The position numbers and the translations under genes are program-made. A stretch of DNA of 63,660 bases, counting the filler, from Hyphochytrium catenoides (taxonomy: Eukaryota; Protista; Hyphochytriomycota), in NCBI GenBank assembly GCA_900088475.1. It is 9 parts of 9 records of this genome, joined end to end, with 100 filler letters (N's around TTAATTAATTAA, not from the genome) between each part and the next. Parts side by side here need not be neighbours in the genome. Positions count along the whole stretch, not along the records: positions 1 to 16,606 come from FLMG01000019.1; positions 16,707 to 19,938 come from FLMG01000669.1; positions 20,039 to 24,711 come from FLMG01002860.1; positions 24,812 to 29,332 come from FLMG01002408.1; 5 more parts are not named here. One strand, 5' to 3'. Shown here piece after piece: positions 13,201 through 25,970 of this stretch. The notes under the pieces were generated by a model, which searched no databases, had not been told where the DNA came from, and saw only the letters and a list, made by a program, of their open reading frames with translations. Positions within the stretch are counted from its first letter, which is position 1, and every line of letters starts with the position of its first letter.

Positions 13201-14531
13201 AACCCATTGCGGGCAACGAGTCTGACAAGAGAGACAGGCTTAAAAGGAGAAAGAAAAATAAGGGAGCACGACGAGGGACGTCTGAACCATAGCTCTCCCC
13301 AAATGTTCGGAGCAGGCCATCGTGGCCAGTAAGCACGCCTGGTCTGCGGTAGGATGTGAGCAAAGAAAATGGGTTACCTGTCGAAGCCAAGGTTCCAAGA
13401 GGACGATGAGCTATCGGAAATGAGGACATTCTCTAGCTTTACATCAGCATGAATCAAGCGCTGCCGCCAGAAGCATGTTAGGATACCAACGGATGGGAAG
13501 AACTTGGGAAGCGAAAGGAGAGCGATAGACAAAGCAGGGGAGAGCCATGACAGATAGGCGGGAGCTTGAACACTAGACAGAGAGGTGCCTTATTCACAGC
13601 TATGCAATGCGTAGTAGAAATAATCGGAAAGGAAGAAGGGTGGTGAAGAGCAAGCAAGAGGGTTGAGACAGGAGCCGTGATACTCCGGAGGAGACGAGAG
13701 ACTATAATAATCAGGGCTAAGAGCTTACTGAGCGACGTCTCTCACCTTGTCTGACAAGAGCTTGAGAGCCGTCACTACGTCAAGAGCAATCTGTCAAGGA
13801 TACACATTAGGATTTACCCAGAATACATAGCAGACACCTTGTCAAAAAGTTACTCTAAGGCAGACAACGCGGAGCAAGTGGAGAAGGCAGTCAAGAGAGA
13901 CAGACCGCACCTGTCGAAGCTGTGGAATTGAGAACGCTAGCTTCTGGCCGGGTTCTCCAGCACCTGAGACCAACCGACTGTGGCGACGAGCAAGTAGATG
14001 ATGAGCACTTCTTGAGACGACGACGGCCTCGATAGCGTCAGGAAAGGGGAGGAAGATGTGGTCCAGGCTTCGGAAAAAACATGGGAAAGTTGGTGGGAGA
14101 GGGTGGAGCTCTTGGAGGAGAGAAGATATCTCCCTACCGATGGGTCCGATGATTCAGGTCTTCCAGGTCTCCCTGCATGAGCTCCAGCACGAGACAGATG
14201 TGCCCGTCATACCGGAAGGATGTGTAGAGATGCAGGACTAAAGAGGGAGAGCAAACGAGGAGAAAAGAGAGAAAGAGAGACATATCAGCGAGTCACTCAC
14301 CATTTAGAGATTCCCTCTCTCTATATATAATGCACTCTTCTTTCCTTTCTGTACCTGGTAAATGTCCCTCTTGGCTCAGTTCGCTGAGTCTCCTCAGCCT
14401 CTGAACCTCCTGCTCCCCAACCTTCTCGAATTGCTGATGATAAATCTTTAAAGCGACGTGACGCTCCAAGCGAGAGAATGTGTCTCGAGCTCTTCAACGG
14501 ACAAGCGGACGAGAAGTCCGAGGGGAAAGAA

Positions 14532-14575
<44 letters not shown>

Positions 14576-15160
14576 CAGAGGAGGGAAATAGCATGAGAGA
14601 GATCAAAGATTGAGAAGAGACAGGGGAGGAGTGGGACAGATGTAGTGCGAGCGGATGGCTGCACAGGGAGAGAAAAAGAGAAAAGGAAAAAGAGAGAGAG
14701 AGAAAGAGGAAAGAGAGAGAGGTGAGAGAGAAAGAGGAAGCGAGAGCCGGAGAAAGAGAGAGAGAGAGAGGAGAAGTGCGAGGCAGAAAGAGATTGAGCG
14801 AGTGGGAGAGTGAGAAAGAAGGCAAATGAGAGAAAGGGAGAGGTAGACGCAGTGAGAACCGTACTCGAAAGTCCTCGAAAACCTTCCTTCTCCTAGGAGA
14901 CGACCTAGCTGATAGCGAAAGTTCAAGAGGTCGCACCGCCGGAAGAACCTGCCCTCTCTCTCTTTCCCAGCGGAAGAAGTGGCGGGAAGAGAGCTAGACG
15001 AAGACAGAAAGAACTGGCTTCTTGCTCCTGGGACGGTGTTATAACCATGAAGGAAGCGCAAGCCCACGGTGTTGACTGTGAGAGGCTTCAACTGGCTAGC
15101 AGAGCGATGTCGTCCCTGTCTCTCTCTTCCTTCCTTAAGACGGACCGGGACAAAGCTCAT
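10221..15160 (-). CDS. CMGC protein kinase (DYRK/HIPK-like) with a long low-complexity C-terminal tail; about 11-12 exons, ends uncertain
   Basis: Exons in subdomain order: YQLGRLLGEGRFSRTF; HVALKIY; GHICLVLELM; LIHADVKLENVL; VKLGDFSNA..YEIQSLLYRAPE; PFDEKIDMWSLGCLMVE; DLLQPDPVLRMSATE; ALFHPFF. This runs into ORF 11501-10221. A possible extra exon near 9890-9943 is unresolved. Confidence 0.88.
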
Positions 15161-15736
15161 CTTGCTCTGTACCTTCCCCAGAAGGGAGAAAGAATGGAAA
15201 GGAGAGCGAGAGACAGAGAGAGAGAGAGAGACAGACAGGCAGGCAGACAGTTCGATTGTAAAAGGAGAAAGAGAAACTTCAGGGCTGAGAATGCCGAGAA
15301 GATGAGGGAGTTCGGTCGGGCATCGTCTTCTTAGGAAAAGCTCCACTCAGAGTGCAGCGGCCGCGGTAGAAGTGGCAACATGAGCCCCGGCACGCCTCAG
15401 AGATCTGCAGCTAACTCTCAGGCTCAAGCTCAGTTCACCACCTCCGGAAAGTACGCGATGCTCTTCATCGAGAAGCCGATGGGATGGGCCGGACCTACGG
15501 CTCACAGATTGTGGCTTCGGAGATCCCTGGGAAGCTTTAGATGCCTGCAGCAGCGTAGGCCAGGGAGAAGGCCAACGGCTTAAGACCCTGCGAGTAGGCT
15601 GACAGAAGCAGGGAGAGGATAAGTAGAAGAGGGACGATGGAAAGCATGCATAGAGGAAAATGAAGAGAACAGGAGTTGCGGGAATGAGGGACAGAGAAGA
15701 GCAAGAGAGAGAGAGAGAGAGGGAGGGGGAGAGAGC

Positions 15737-15771
<35 letters not shown>

Positions 15772-16049
15772 GCGCTGTGGCATCATTCGTTCAAAGAACC
15801 GTCGCGGGAGGGCCCGCGGCACTCTGTGTTTTGTGTTATGTTGTGAGCTCATCAGATCCTTGGGCAGATTTTTCAATGTTCATTGCCATCAGTACCTTGA
15901 TTACCTATTGTCAAATCAGACAACAGTTACCTGTAGATAATCAACCGCTTTGGCCGAGGTGGCGAGGTATCTCTCTCTCTCTCTCTTTCTCTCCTCTCTC
16001 TCTCTCTCTCTCTTTCTCTCCTCTCTCTTTCTCTCTCTCTCTCTCTCTG

Positions 16050-16087
<38 letters not shown>

Positions 16088-16606
16088 TCTCTTTCTCTCT
16101 CTGTCTCTCTCTCTCTCTGTCTCTCTCTCTCTGTCTCTCAACTTGCTCTGTCTCTCTCTCTCCCTCTCTCTCTTTCCTCTCTCTCTCTCTCCCACTCTCT
16201 CTCTTTCGTTTTCACCTAATATTCCCTTTTGATGATCTACTCGCATCGAAAAGTCACAGTCGTCAGAAACCTCTCTCTCTCTCCCACGCGCCTCATCTGG
16301 CGGTCTTACTGAGCCCATGATGGTGTGAACCTTTGATCTCTAGGACGCGGAAGACTGGAGTGGAAGTGAGTCCATCTGCCGCGTGTCTCGCTCCTTCTTG
16401 CTCTCAGCTGCTCGTTCTGTGTGGCTGTTTCTCCTTCCCAGTCTGTTATCTCGAAGCTCTCCCGCTTTCTCAGCTCCTGCCGCCGTCTTCCTTCGCCTTT
16501 AAACTTATCACTCTTTAGTCTCTCTCTCTCTGCGTGTGTCTCCCTCTCCCTGTCTCTGTCTCCTCTCTACTTTCTCTCTGTCTCTCTCTCTGTCTTTTCC
16601 CTCTCT

Positions 16607-16706
16607 NNNNNNNNNNNNNNNNNNNNNNNNNNNNNNNNNNNNNNNNNNNNTTAATTAATTAANNNNNNNNNNNNNNNNNNNNNNNNNNNNNNNNNNNNNN
16701 NNNNNN
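16607..16706. other. Artificial contig spacer (44N-TTAATTAATTAA-44N)
   Basis: The palindromic 12-mer gives stops in all six frames, and the same 100-nt layout occurs 8 times in the window. Confidence 0.97.
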
Positions 16707-18650
16707 CTCGCCGGTAACCGCTCTATTATACCACTTCTTGGGGATAAATGGTGGTGGCACTAACCCTCTAATATTGTTGCACAAAGACTTATTCAGAAGA
16801 GAGAGACATCTCCTCCTCTATGTTCTCTCTTCTCCCTTGAGTGCTAAGTGGTAAGCACGTCTGGCTGTGTGCATACGGCGGTGTCCTTTCCTCCGTTTCC
16901 TATCGAAGTTGCATGTGATGATAGGAGCACTGTTGCCATTGATTTTATGAAAGGCCAAGATGAGTCTCTTTCGCTTTTGCACTAAAATGAGGAAAGATTA
17001 TTTGCCAGAGCGAAAGAGACTCATCTTGGCCATTGTCTATGATGCTACATCTGTCTATTCCACCTTTTCCTTCTTCCCACTTCTGACCACACGGACAAGC
17101 AACAACAACCTTGTTCAGTGGTGATGACGGGAATGCAGTGGTTGACATTCTCTGTTGGTTTGCGGGAAGGAAAAGAGCATGTGCCAGGAGAAGTAGGAGT
17201 CTGACGGGCCACTGTCGTCAGGCCACTTGTAAGTATGCCTCATGATCTCTATCATCAGCAGCAGCAGCGTCATAGAAGCAGCTTGGAATCTGTTTCCTGG
17301 CTACTTCCACATTGTTATCAATCTAGCCGCATGATGGCACTCTACTGAGGAAAGAGAAGAACTTTCAGCTGTGTTGTACACCGATAGATTATACAAGGAG
17401 GGAAGAAGAAGAAGCGGTAATCTACTAACAAATTTGGCGTACAATAGCGCTGACTAGCAACTATGGATTGGACAGGACAACTTGGCCGTTGTTCATCATT
17501 CAGTTATCTACTGACTTCAACAAGCGTAAGCTTGAGCTCCTTTGAAGTCATCAACTCTCTCTTCTGGAGAATCGTTACTAAGTTGTTTGACATGAGGGTA
17601 GTAAGATAGCTAGCTTTAGAGGTTTCCGCCAAGCTAAGAGCAAATTCCCAATGAATATTTATTGCTAAGGATGAGGGTGAATAGAAACTATTACCTCTGT
17701 GTCGCGTACTCCACTCGAAAGAAAAAGAGGACATACCAAACGTTCGATCAGCAGTAAGTTCTTCTATCTCTGCACTTCTTAAAAATATTTTTCAGGTCAT
17801 TTCGTCAGTCAATCATTTAGTGCGGATCTTATCCAGCAAGAAGGAAATGAGAAAAATGACGACTGCCATCATCGAGGATGCCAATGATCATTATTGTGCC
17901 CCCTTCGCGGTCTTCTATTATACGTTGCAAAGAGAACAAGTTGAACCCATTATAATGAACCTAGAGAGTAGAGACATAAACCACTACGCTGTGGTCTATT
18001 GTAGAAGCAAGCAAGGAGAATTGAGGGTTATCGACATTATTATTTATTTCTAGTAATAGTGATAGTTAATAAAGGAATATCTTCATTCTTCTTCATCATA
18101 CTGTGGCGTTAGGCCTTCAACAACGTAGAGAATAAGAAGAGACACACTGCTAGAAGATCTACCATTGTTGTCTTGAAACAAAGGGTTGGTTGATGCGAGG
18201 GCACTTCTTTCTCTTGCTCACACATCCAACACCGTGCTGGCAGCAGCAGCAGCCCTCCAAGCTCATCCTCGTGATCAATCAACAATATATCTCTCGCTTA
18301 TGGGCAGACTTCCCGAGGCAGTCCGCGGTGCCCAATCTACCCTCGCTCGCTGAAAGAAGCCTCACCACCTTATTATACAGCCACCAAACCAAAAGACATC
18401 GCCGTCAATAATAGCGTATCATCATTGGTAGTAAAAAGCGGAGATTCTCCCTTCTCATTATCATGACTGACTGGCGATGATCGCCACCGCGCCGCCTCGC
18501 ATTCTACAAGGAACAACAGGAGGAGGGAAGTGTTTCTACAGTAGTACAGTCGTACAGAAGAAGAGGGGCGGCGGGGCAGCAGAATAGCACAGTGCTTACT
18601 AACCTCCTTAGCGCTAAGATAGGTAGTTGAAACAAGATTTTCAGCTAACA

Positions 18651-18723
18651 TCCCAGTTAGTCTAGGTGGTTAGGATAGCTGGCTTTCACCCAGCAGACCC
18701 GGGTTCGAGTCCCGGACTGGGAA
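18651..18723 (+). tRNA. tRNA-Glu(UUC), copy 1
   Basis: Acceptor stem TCCCAGT/ACTGGGA, anticodon arm GCTGG-CT-TTC-AC-CCAGC, T-loop GGTTCGAGTCC. Followed by an oligo-T Pol III terminator at about 18727-18735. Confidence 0.96.
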
Positions 18724-18857
18724 ATCTTTTTTTTTGCGTCCACGCTACTAGTTCTACAGTATGATCTCAAATGAGATTCTCAAATCAGTTCAATAACTTT
18801 GGATTCAAAACTAGTGCACCTGAAATCAAGAATCATCTCTCATATTCTTCCTAAACA

Positions 18858-18930
18858 TCCCAGTTAGTCTAGGTGGTTAGGATAGCTGGCTTTCACCCAG
18901 CAGACCCGGGTTCGAGTCCCGGACTGGGAA
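18858..18930 (+). tRNA. tRNA-Glu(UUC), copy 2
   Basis: Identical to copy 1 and starts 207 nt downstream. The expected terminator falls in a short N gap. Confidence 0.94.
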
Positions 18931-19939
18931 ATCTNNNNNNNNNNNATCCATACATAAGACTGGGGAAAGTGATGAAGCTCTGACCAATTATAGGATTATA
19001 ATCTTACTTTCGGCCGAGAGGAAAGCTCCATTGCAGCCAATGAACTGATGCCCACGCCTGCATGACACTATTGTTGTTCAGACCGAAGGATCGATGGAGG
19101 CAGCAGACTGGCTTGACTTCAATCATCGCTCGCTGGACATAGAGTCTACCAACACCAGTGATGACAAGAAATTATTCTTCTCTTGCTCAGATCGCCCTCT
19201 AGTGAATGTTGATGTTGATCTTAGCTGGTGATGATGATATCGATGGCATTATTATGCAGCAGCATGCGCAGTAAGGAGGAACAAAGTAGTATGACGGCAG
19301 AGAAAGAAGAGAAGTCGTGTCACTCGTCTTCTCCTGCGTCAGAAAGCAACTACTACATTAATATTACTCGTTGCAGCAGCAGCAACGCCGGCATCATTAG
19401 CAAAAATTAACAAGAAGAGTAGTTTTTTGGGGAACTAATTCTCATCATCACCGTCCTCGCGGTGACTAAAAGAAAGGAAGAGATCAGTCAAATAGGGCAT
19501 CTCTTCTGCCTCTTTCATAACCTTAACTGTCTTCACTGTCTCTCGGCAAATTCTGGTGCCATGCCGGCCTTTGGCAGTGTAGCGGCTGAAGATATAGTAG
19601 TAGTGGTGTACAACAGCAACTGTGAATGATTGAAGAAGTTGTTAGTATCGTACCAGCCTTCCTTGTTGCCTTTAAAGACTTCAAAACTGAAAGCTGCAAG
19701 AAGTCTGACTGTCTTCGATGCAGCGCGGAGAGAGGAGGACGATCATTCATCGATCAATAGATAGAATCGACGATGAAAATGAAGAAGAAGGAGATGATCG
19801 TCGAGGACAATAATGATGATGGGAGACTCTACATCCTTCGAGATTGCAAGACGGTCGAGTGAGGGCCTGCATTTTGAATAGGATAACCGTTATTATGGAT
19901 ATTAGTTCCTTTATCAGTAATGTATGGGCTGCCGAACAN

Positions 19940-20038
19940 NNNNNNNNNNNNNNNNNNNNNNNNNNNNNNNNNNNNNNNNNNNTTAATTAATTAANNNNNN
20001 NNNNNNNNNNNNNNNNNNNNNNNNNNNNNNNNNNNNNN
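19940..20038. other. Artificial contig spacer
   Basis: N run + TTAATTAATTAA (19983-19994) + N run. Confidence 0.97.
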
Positions 20039-20558
20039 TCTCTCTGTCTGTCTCTCTCTCCCTTCCCCCCTCTTCTTTGCTTGCTCTCTCTCTCCTGCTC
20101 TCCGATGTCACTGTCTCCCTCATCTATCACTCGCTGGTCCTTCGTTTGTTCCCTCTCTCTCGTCACGTCTGTCATCAACTGCTCTGCTAGTTCTCTCCTC
20201 TCCTCCCTGTGATCTTATTTACCCGTTCCTTTGAGCTCTTTCTCTCTCTCTCTCTCTCTCTGTGGCCCAAACAGAGTGACTTGACAACCAAACGCTCTCT
20301 CTCTCCATCTCATGGGCTCTACCCTCTGCCCTCCCTTGCTCAATCGCGAGGTGAAGGAAAGAGACCAGCAAGTTCCAGCCGAAAGAACCTCATCGCGGCA
20401 ATGTCGTTTCCTTTCTGGAGAGATAAAAGCTATAAATAACAGCCATCGGCACCCGACGCAATTGTCTTCTCTCTCTGTCTCTTTCTCTGTCTCCTCTCTC
20501 TTTCTCTCTCTCTTTTCTCTCTCTCGTTCTCCCGCTCTCCCCCCTCCCTCTGCCTCCT

Positions 20559-20631
<73 letters not shown>

Positions 20632-21042
20632 ACTCGCTTTCTCCTCCGTTTTCCTCTTGTCTCCTTCTTCCCTCTCTCTTGTCACTGTTCTTACCTTCCC
20701 CCTTGCGCGTTTGTCATCAAGCCCAAGAAAAGATTCTCCTTTGTCGTTTACTCTCTTTCTCTCTCCCTCTCCTTCTTCAACAACCAGAGAAGTCTTCTGA
20801 ACAGACGTCTCATATGCAGTAACAGAGGAAGAGTTAAGAAAACGAAAAAGGAGAGTGAGAGGAGAGAGAGAGAGAGAGATACAAAGAGAGCAGAGACACA
20901 GGGACGTGAGTCTTTCTTCACTTCGCAGCTTCTCTTGAGCTTCACATCCTCTCGCCTCTAGCGAGCAAAGAGCTTACGGAGCTGCAGAGGTGAGCAGCGT
21001 TAGGAGAGAGAAAGAGAGGCCGAGAGAGAGAGAGAGAGAACG

Positions 21043-21955
21043 ATGTGGTTCGTAGGCATTATTCTCAGTACTTTGGCGACTGCGGTGGGAACGCTGGGCA
21101 AGCTGCTGATGAAATACTCGCATCAGATAGCAGCAGAAGCATGGAAGGTACCTCAACCACTTTCTCTCTCCCTCTCTTTGCGTCTCTCTCTCTCTCTCTC
21201 TTTGCGTCTCTCTCTCTCTTTCTCTGTTTGTCTCTCTCTCTCTCTTCTGTCTCCCCAGTCATCGACACAGCCTTTGAACTCTCTCTTTTTATAGGTTACG
21301 TTTGCGTTAACATGTCCCAGCTCTCTCTCTCTCTCTAAAGCCACTGTTATCTTGTCGTTCTCTCCTCGAAGATCTGTATCAACTTTGCTCTGAGCTTGTC
21401 CTGCCTTCTCTCTGCAGCTTCTCTTCCCGAATTCTCCTCTCTCTCTCTCTATATATATATATATTTCTCTCTCTCTNNNNNTCTCTCTCTCTCCTTCTCA
21501 TACGTAGTCCCGCGTGGTCTTCTACTTCGCCCTTCTGTGCGTGGTTCTCTTCAATCCTCTGCTGGATCTCTCCGCCTACGCCTTCGCTGCGCAGTCCATG
21601 CTCGCGCCTTTGGCTGGCCTCTCCGTCGTCTGGAACGTGACCTTGGCGCCTCTGGTGGTGAAGGAAGAGGTCTTTCTTCATGATTATGTGGCCACGTTCC
21701 TCATTCTTCTAGGGATTGTGGGCGTCGGCATCTCGGGGAGCAAGAGAGAGACCAGCTATTCCATCGATGAATTGAAGGAGGTGAGAAAGGAGGAGAGAGA
21801 AAGAGAGAGAGAAAAGAAGAAGAAAGAAGGAGTTTTACCCGGAAAGGAAGAGGAAGAAGCGCAAAGAATAGAGGAGAGGAGGATGAGACTGCAGCAAGGA
21901 TCGGGGGAGAGTTCTAGTTCCAAGAAAGCATCAGCTACCCAAATGCCGAGAGAGA

Positions 21956-22007
<52 letters not shown>

Positions 22008-23883
22008 AGAAGGGTAAAAAGAAGAGACGCGGATGAGAGACAGCAAATGGCAAAAAGTATCCGGCACAGGTTGGGACTGAAGACACTGACTCACCTAATA
22101 CCTCCTCTCGCTCATTATTTCCCTTCCGTCCATTTTGGTCTGTCTCTGTCTCTGTCTCTCTCTTTCTCTCGCTGTCTCCCTCTCTCTCTGTCTCTCTCGG
22201 TTACTCTCTCTCTCTCTCTCTGTCTCTCTTTCTCTCACTCTCTCTTCTCTGTGGCAGATGTTTGCCCGTCCCAACTTCATTGTCTACGCGGTTTGTTTCG
22301 CCTCCTGGATGGTGGCGTTGGGGCTGCTGGCGCGCTTGACGCGCAACAAAGTCGTCAGAAGGTTTTGCTGGGGAGCCGCGTCAGGCAGTCTTGGCGGTAA
22401 GGATCTCTCTCTACCTGTCTCGCTTCGTCTCTCACCCTCCGTATCTATATCGCGCTATCTACACTTGTCTGCCGCCGTTCCTCACTCTCTCTCTCTCGGT
22501 GTCTCTCTCTGTCTCTCGGTATACCTTGGTCAATCACTCTCTCTCTCTCTCTGTTTCTCTGACAATCTCTCTCTGCTCGCCAATTTCCCTCTCTTCTCTC
22601 TCCACCCTTATTACGATCCACGGCGCTCTCTCTCCTTTCTCTCTCTCTTTCTCTCTCTTTCTCTCTCTCTTTCCCTTTCTCTTTCTCTCTCTCTCGCTAT
22701 CTCTCCCCCCTGTCCCCCTAACTATGCTTATGGTCGCATTCCGTCAGGCAACCAGTTCCTGGTAAAGAGTGTGACGGAGCTTGTGAAGAGCGGCGGAGAG
22801 AACTGGAAGCACTTCGAGACGTACGGAATCATCCTCGCAGCCATCGCGGTGGCCGCTACAGGGNNNNNNNNNNNNNNNNNNNNNNNNNNNNNNNNNNNNN
22901 NNNNNNNNNNNNNNNNNNNNNNNNNNNNNNNNNNNNNNNNNNNNNNNNNNNNNNNNNNNNNNNNNNNNNNNNNNNNNNNNNNNNNNNNNNNNNNNNNNNN
23001 NNNNNNNNNNNNNNNNNNNNNNNNNNNNNNNNNNNNNNGCAGACAGATAGAACTCTGAGAGAGACAAAGAGAGCGATGGTCATGAGAAAGGCTGCTCTAT
23101 TCTCTCCTTTGTTTAGCCTATGCTGGCAAAAAGACAGAGTTCTTCTTAACTTCTCTGTAGCCCGGGCCCCATGCCAGAGAGATACCGCAACCCGATCTAC
23201 TCTTTGTCGGCCCACGTTGGGGTTCTGGCGCCTTTTTCCACCTGTTCTATCTCTCTCTCGCTCTCTGTCTTTCGCACCAGTCACTATCTCTGTCTCATAT
23301 CCTCTTCCTTTCTGGCCACGCAGGTTAAAGCGGTACACCGCGCTCTTTGTTGTGACGATGTATCAGAGCTTTTTCATCATCTCTGGCTGCCTGAGCGGCG
23401 TGGCCTTCTTCAATGAGATGGCCAGCACTCCCGACAATCCCATCAGCAAGGGACAACAGGCACTGTACGGGTAAGGTGATGGCTAGGTCTTTCTTCTCTC
23501 TCCTATAACTCTCGCCTGCTGTCTTTTCTATGAGTCCTTGTGGCTCCAGCGTTCGAGACTGTGGGGTCCTTCTACTTCTCAGGTTGGAACCTGCTCTCTC
23601 TTAGACCTTTCGCTATGCGGCTCAATTCCTCCCTTTCTTCGCCATCTGCTGACGTTTTCTGTCCTCTACGCTATCCTTCAGTGTCTCCATTGTCGTTGTC
23701 ATTGCTGGCATTTGCGTGCTCTCGCTCCGCCCGACGAGCCAAGAAGATGAGGGAGTTGCCAAGAAAGATGGGACGAAGCAGGAGAAAGCAGCAGCGGGAG
23801 GAAAAGGAGGAGAGACTATTGAGATTCGTTCTCTGCCCGACGAGACTGCTAATGGCTCGACTGTGATCAGCGTGTCAGTGTAG
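21043..23883 (+). CDS. NIPA-family (DUF803) magnesium transporter-like membrane protein, multi-exon
   Basis: MWFVGIILSTLATAVGTLGKLLMKYSH; LDLSAYAFAAQSMLAPLAGLSVVWNVTLA (the NIPA AYAFAxxSxxAPL motif); LKRYTALFVVTMYQSFFIISGCLSGVAFFNE; final TM VSIVVVIAGICVLS. Part of the gene lies in gap 22864-23038. Confidence 0.9.
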
Positions 23884-24711
23884 ACTTTAGCTGTGTAAAT
23901 GTTTGGGCCCTTGCGCTAACACACTATAAATGATAGATATGCGCCGATGGCTCTCTATACGCGTGTCTCTCCCTTCTCTCGGTCTCTTTCTCTCCGTCCG
24001 TCTTTCTTCTCCCGCTAAGTTCCTTATAGAGCATTAAGCTTGCCCCGTAGCCTGCCTAAACTCTCTACGGTCTAGCCCTTATCTCTTCCCCCGACACGGC
24101 TTTAAAGGCTGCCGGTCCTCTTCGAAACCACCTGTCACCGGCCTGCTCTTGGCTCTTTCCTACTTTGCTCTAGGGACAGAGCCGGACCGCACGTGGCCAT
24201 AGCATGAAGTGAGACAATAAGGCCGACAGCAGGGAGAACGGATGGAGAGAACGGGGTGCGAAGAGAAAAGCGGCAGATTGGAGCCACTGAACTAAGTCCG
24301 AGGCAGGCAAAGCAAATAACAAAAGAGCAGGGCTTGCTCTAGCTTCCATTGACTCTGAGGTCTCAATGCTAGCTGCTCTCTTTCTTCTTTACCACCTGCA
24401 CGAGGTCCAGCCGAAAGCATTAGGATGAGATAAACTCGGAAAAGGTCGAAGGAGCAAGAGGCATAAGACAGTAATGGTGGCTGAAGGAGAATAGAGAGAG
24501 GGAAGGTAGACCAAAGACGTGTCATAGAACTGAAGAGAGAAATTGAACTGTGGAGCCACTGATGAGCGGCAGAAAGAGTAAAAGAGACGATGCACTACCA
24601 GAGATGACGCAATGAATAGATAGAGGAGCGTCAGCGATGAGGAGGGTTAGCCTTACTCTAGGAAACAGGGAGAGGGCATCAAAGCGTTCTCTTTTGCGGT
24701 TGTGCTCCTCT

Positions 24712-24811
24712 NNNNNNNNNNNNNNNNNNNNNNNNNNNNNNNNNNNNNNNNNNNNTTAATTAATTAANNNNNNNNNNNNNNNNNNNNNNNNNNNNNNNNN
24801 NNNNNNNNNNN
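24712..24811. other. Artificial contig spacer
   Basis: N run + TTAATTAATTAA + N run. Confidence 0.97.
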
Positions 24812-24928
24812 CAAGACCGATGCGACCGCTGGGGGGAAGACGAAGAGAGAGAGAGAGAAAGAAGTAGAGAGAGAGAGGGGGAGAGAGAATGAAAGTGTCT
24901 CATCCTCTTGTTCTGTGCTCTTCTTTAG

Positions 24929-25970
24929 GAGGCTGAACCGTCTGGACTATGTCGGTATCGCCTGTATGATAGTGGGGAGCTTCTATCCCATGGTCTACTA
25001 CGCCTTCTACTGCTCTCCCCGCTGGATCTACACCTATCTCACGATGATCACCGTGCTAGGGATTCTCTCGGCTATTCTCACGCTGCTACCAAGGTCCGTT
25101 TCTTTCTGGCTGTCGGTCTCTCTCCCTGTCCCTCTCTCTCTCTCTCTCTTCTGGTTCCTTTGCTCTCATTGTCAATCTCTTTTCTTCCTTCTTCCTTCCT
25201 CCTTAGGACCCTCTTTCTCTCTCTGTCCAGCTCATCGTCGCCTAGTAACCTTACTGCTGGAGTTATCGCCATTACTTTGGTTTCTCTCTCTCTCTGAGGA
25301 TCAGTCTGTTTCTCTCTCTCTCTGTCTTGCAGGTTTGACACGCCAGCGTTCCGCCCCATCCGCGCTTTACTGTTCAGTGCTCTCGGTCTGGTTGGGATCC
25401 TGCCCACTGTTCACTTCTACAGCAGCCATGAGCACCTTGAGCACCGGGCCGAGGTTGCTCTTTACATGGTCGCGATGGGGAGCACCTACCTCATAGGAGC
25501 AGCCATCTATGCTGCTAGGATTCCAGGTGAGAGAGAGAGTGAATGAGAGAGAGAGAGACGTGCAAATAGGAAGCAAATGGGGCCAGAGAAATCGACAAAG
25601 AAGTATTAGGACGAGCTGTGGGAGACATAAGAGAGAAGGAAGCAAGAAAAGCGAGAGGAGTGTGTGTGTGAGGGAGAGACACAGAGAGAGAGAGAAAGAG
25701 AAGAGGCTCTTTGAGCTCTACCTTCAAAGGCCTCTCTACTTTGTGCTCCACACTAACTCCCTCCCTCTCTCTCCATCGCTGCCACTGCCCCTTTCTCCAT
25801 CGGCAGAGCGCTACTACCCTGGCCGCTTCGATCTCTTTCTGTCAAGTCATCAAATTTTTCACATCTGCGTGGTCGTCGCGGCTTTCATTCATTACTTTGG
25901 CACTGTCAAGAGCTTTGAAGCCACTGTGTTTGCCCTTGGGCGGCAGTGTTCACAGGAAACACAGGAATAA
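24929..25970 (+). CDS. PAQR/adiponectin-receptor (HlyIII) family protein, 5'-partial, 3 exons
   Basis: RLDYVGIACMIVGSFYPMVYYAFYC; GAAIYAARIP|ERYYPGRFDLFLSSHQIFHICVV, which includes the AdipoR PERxxPGxFD..SHQxxH motif. Confidence 0.95.

Noticed and set aside
13791-13911. TCCTTGAC near a kinase acceptor, resembling a U12 branch site
   Set aside because: It abuts the AG directly, the donor is GTGCGG (U2-type), and a CTAAT branch candidate lies just upstream.
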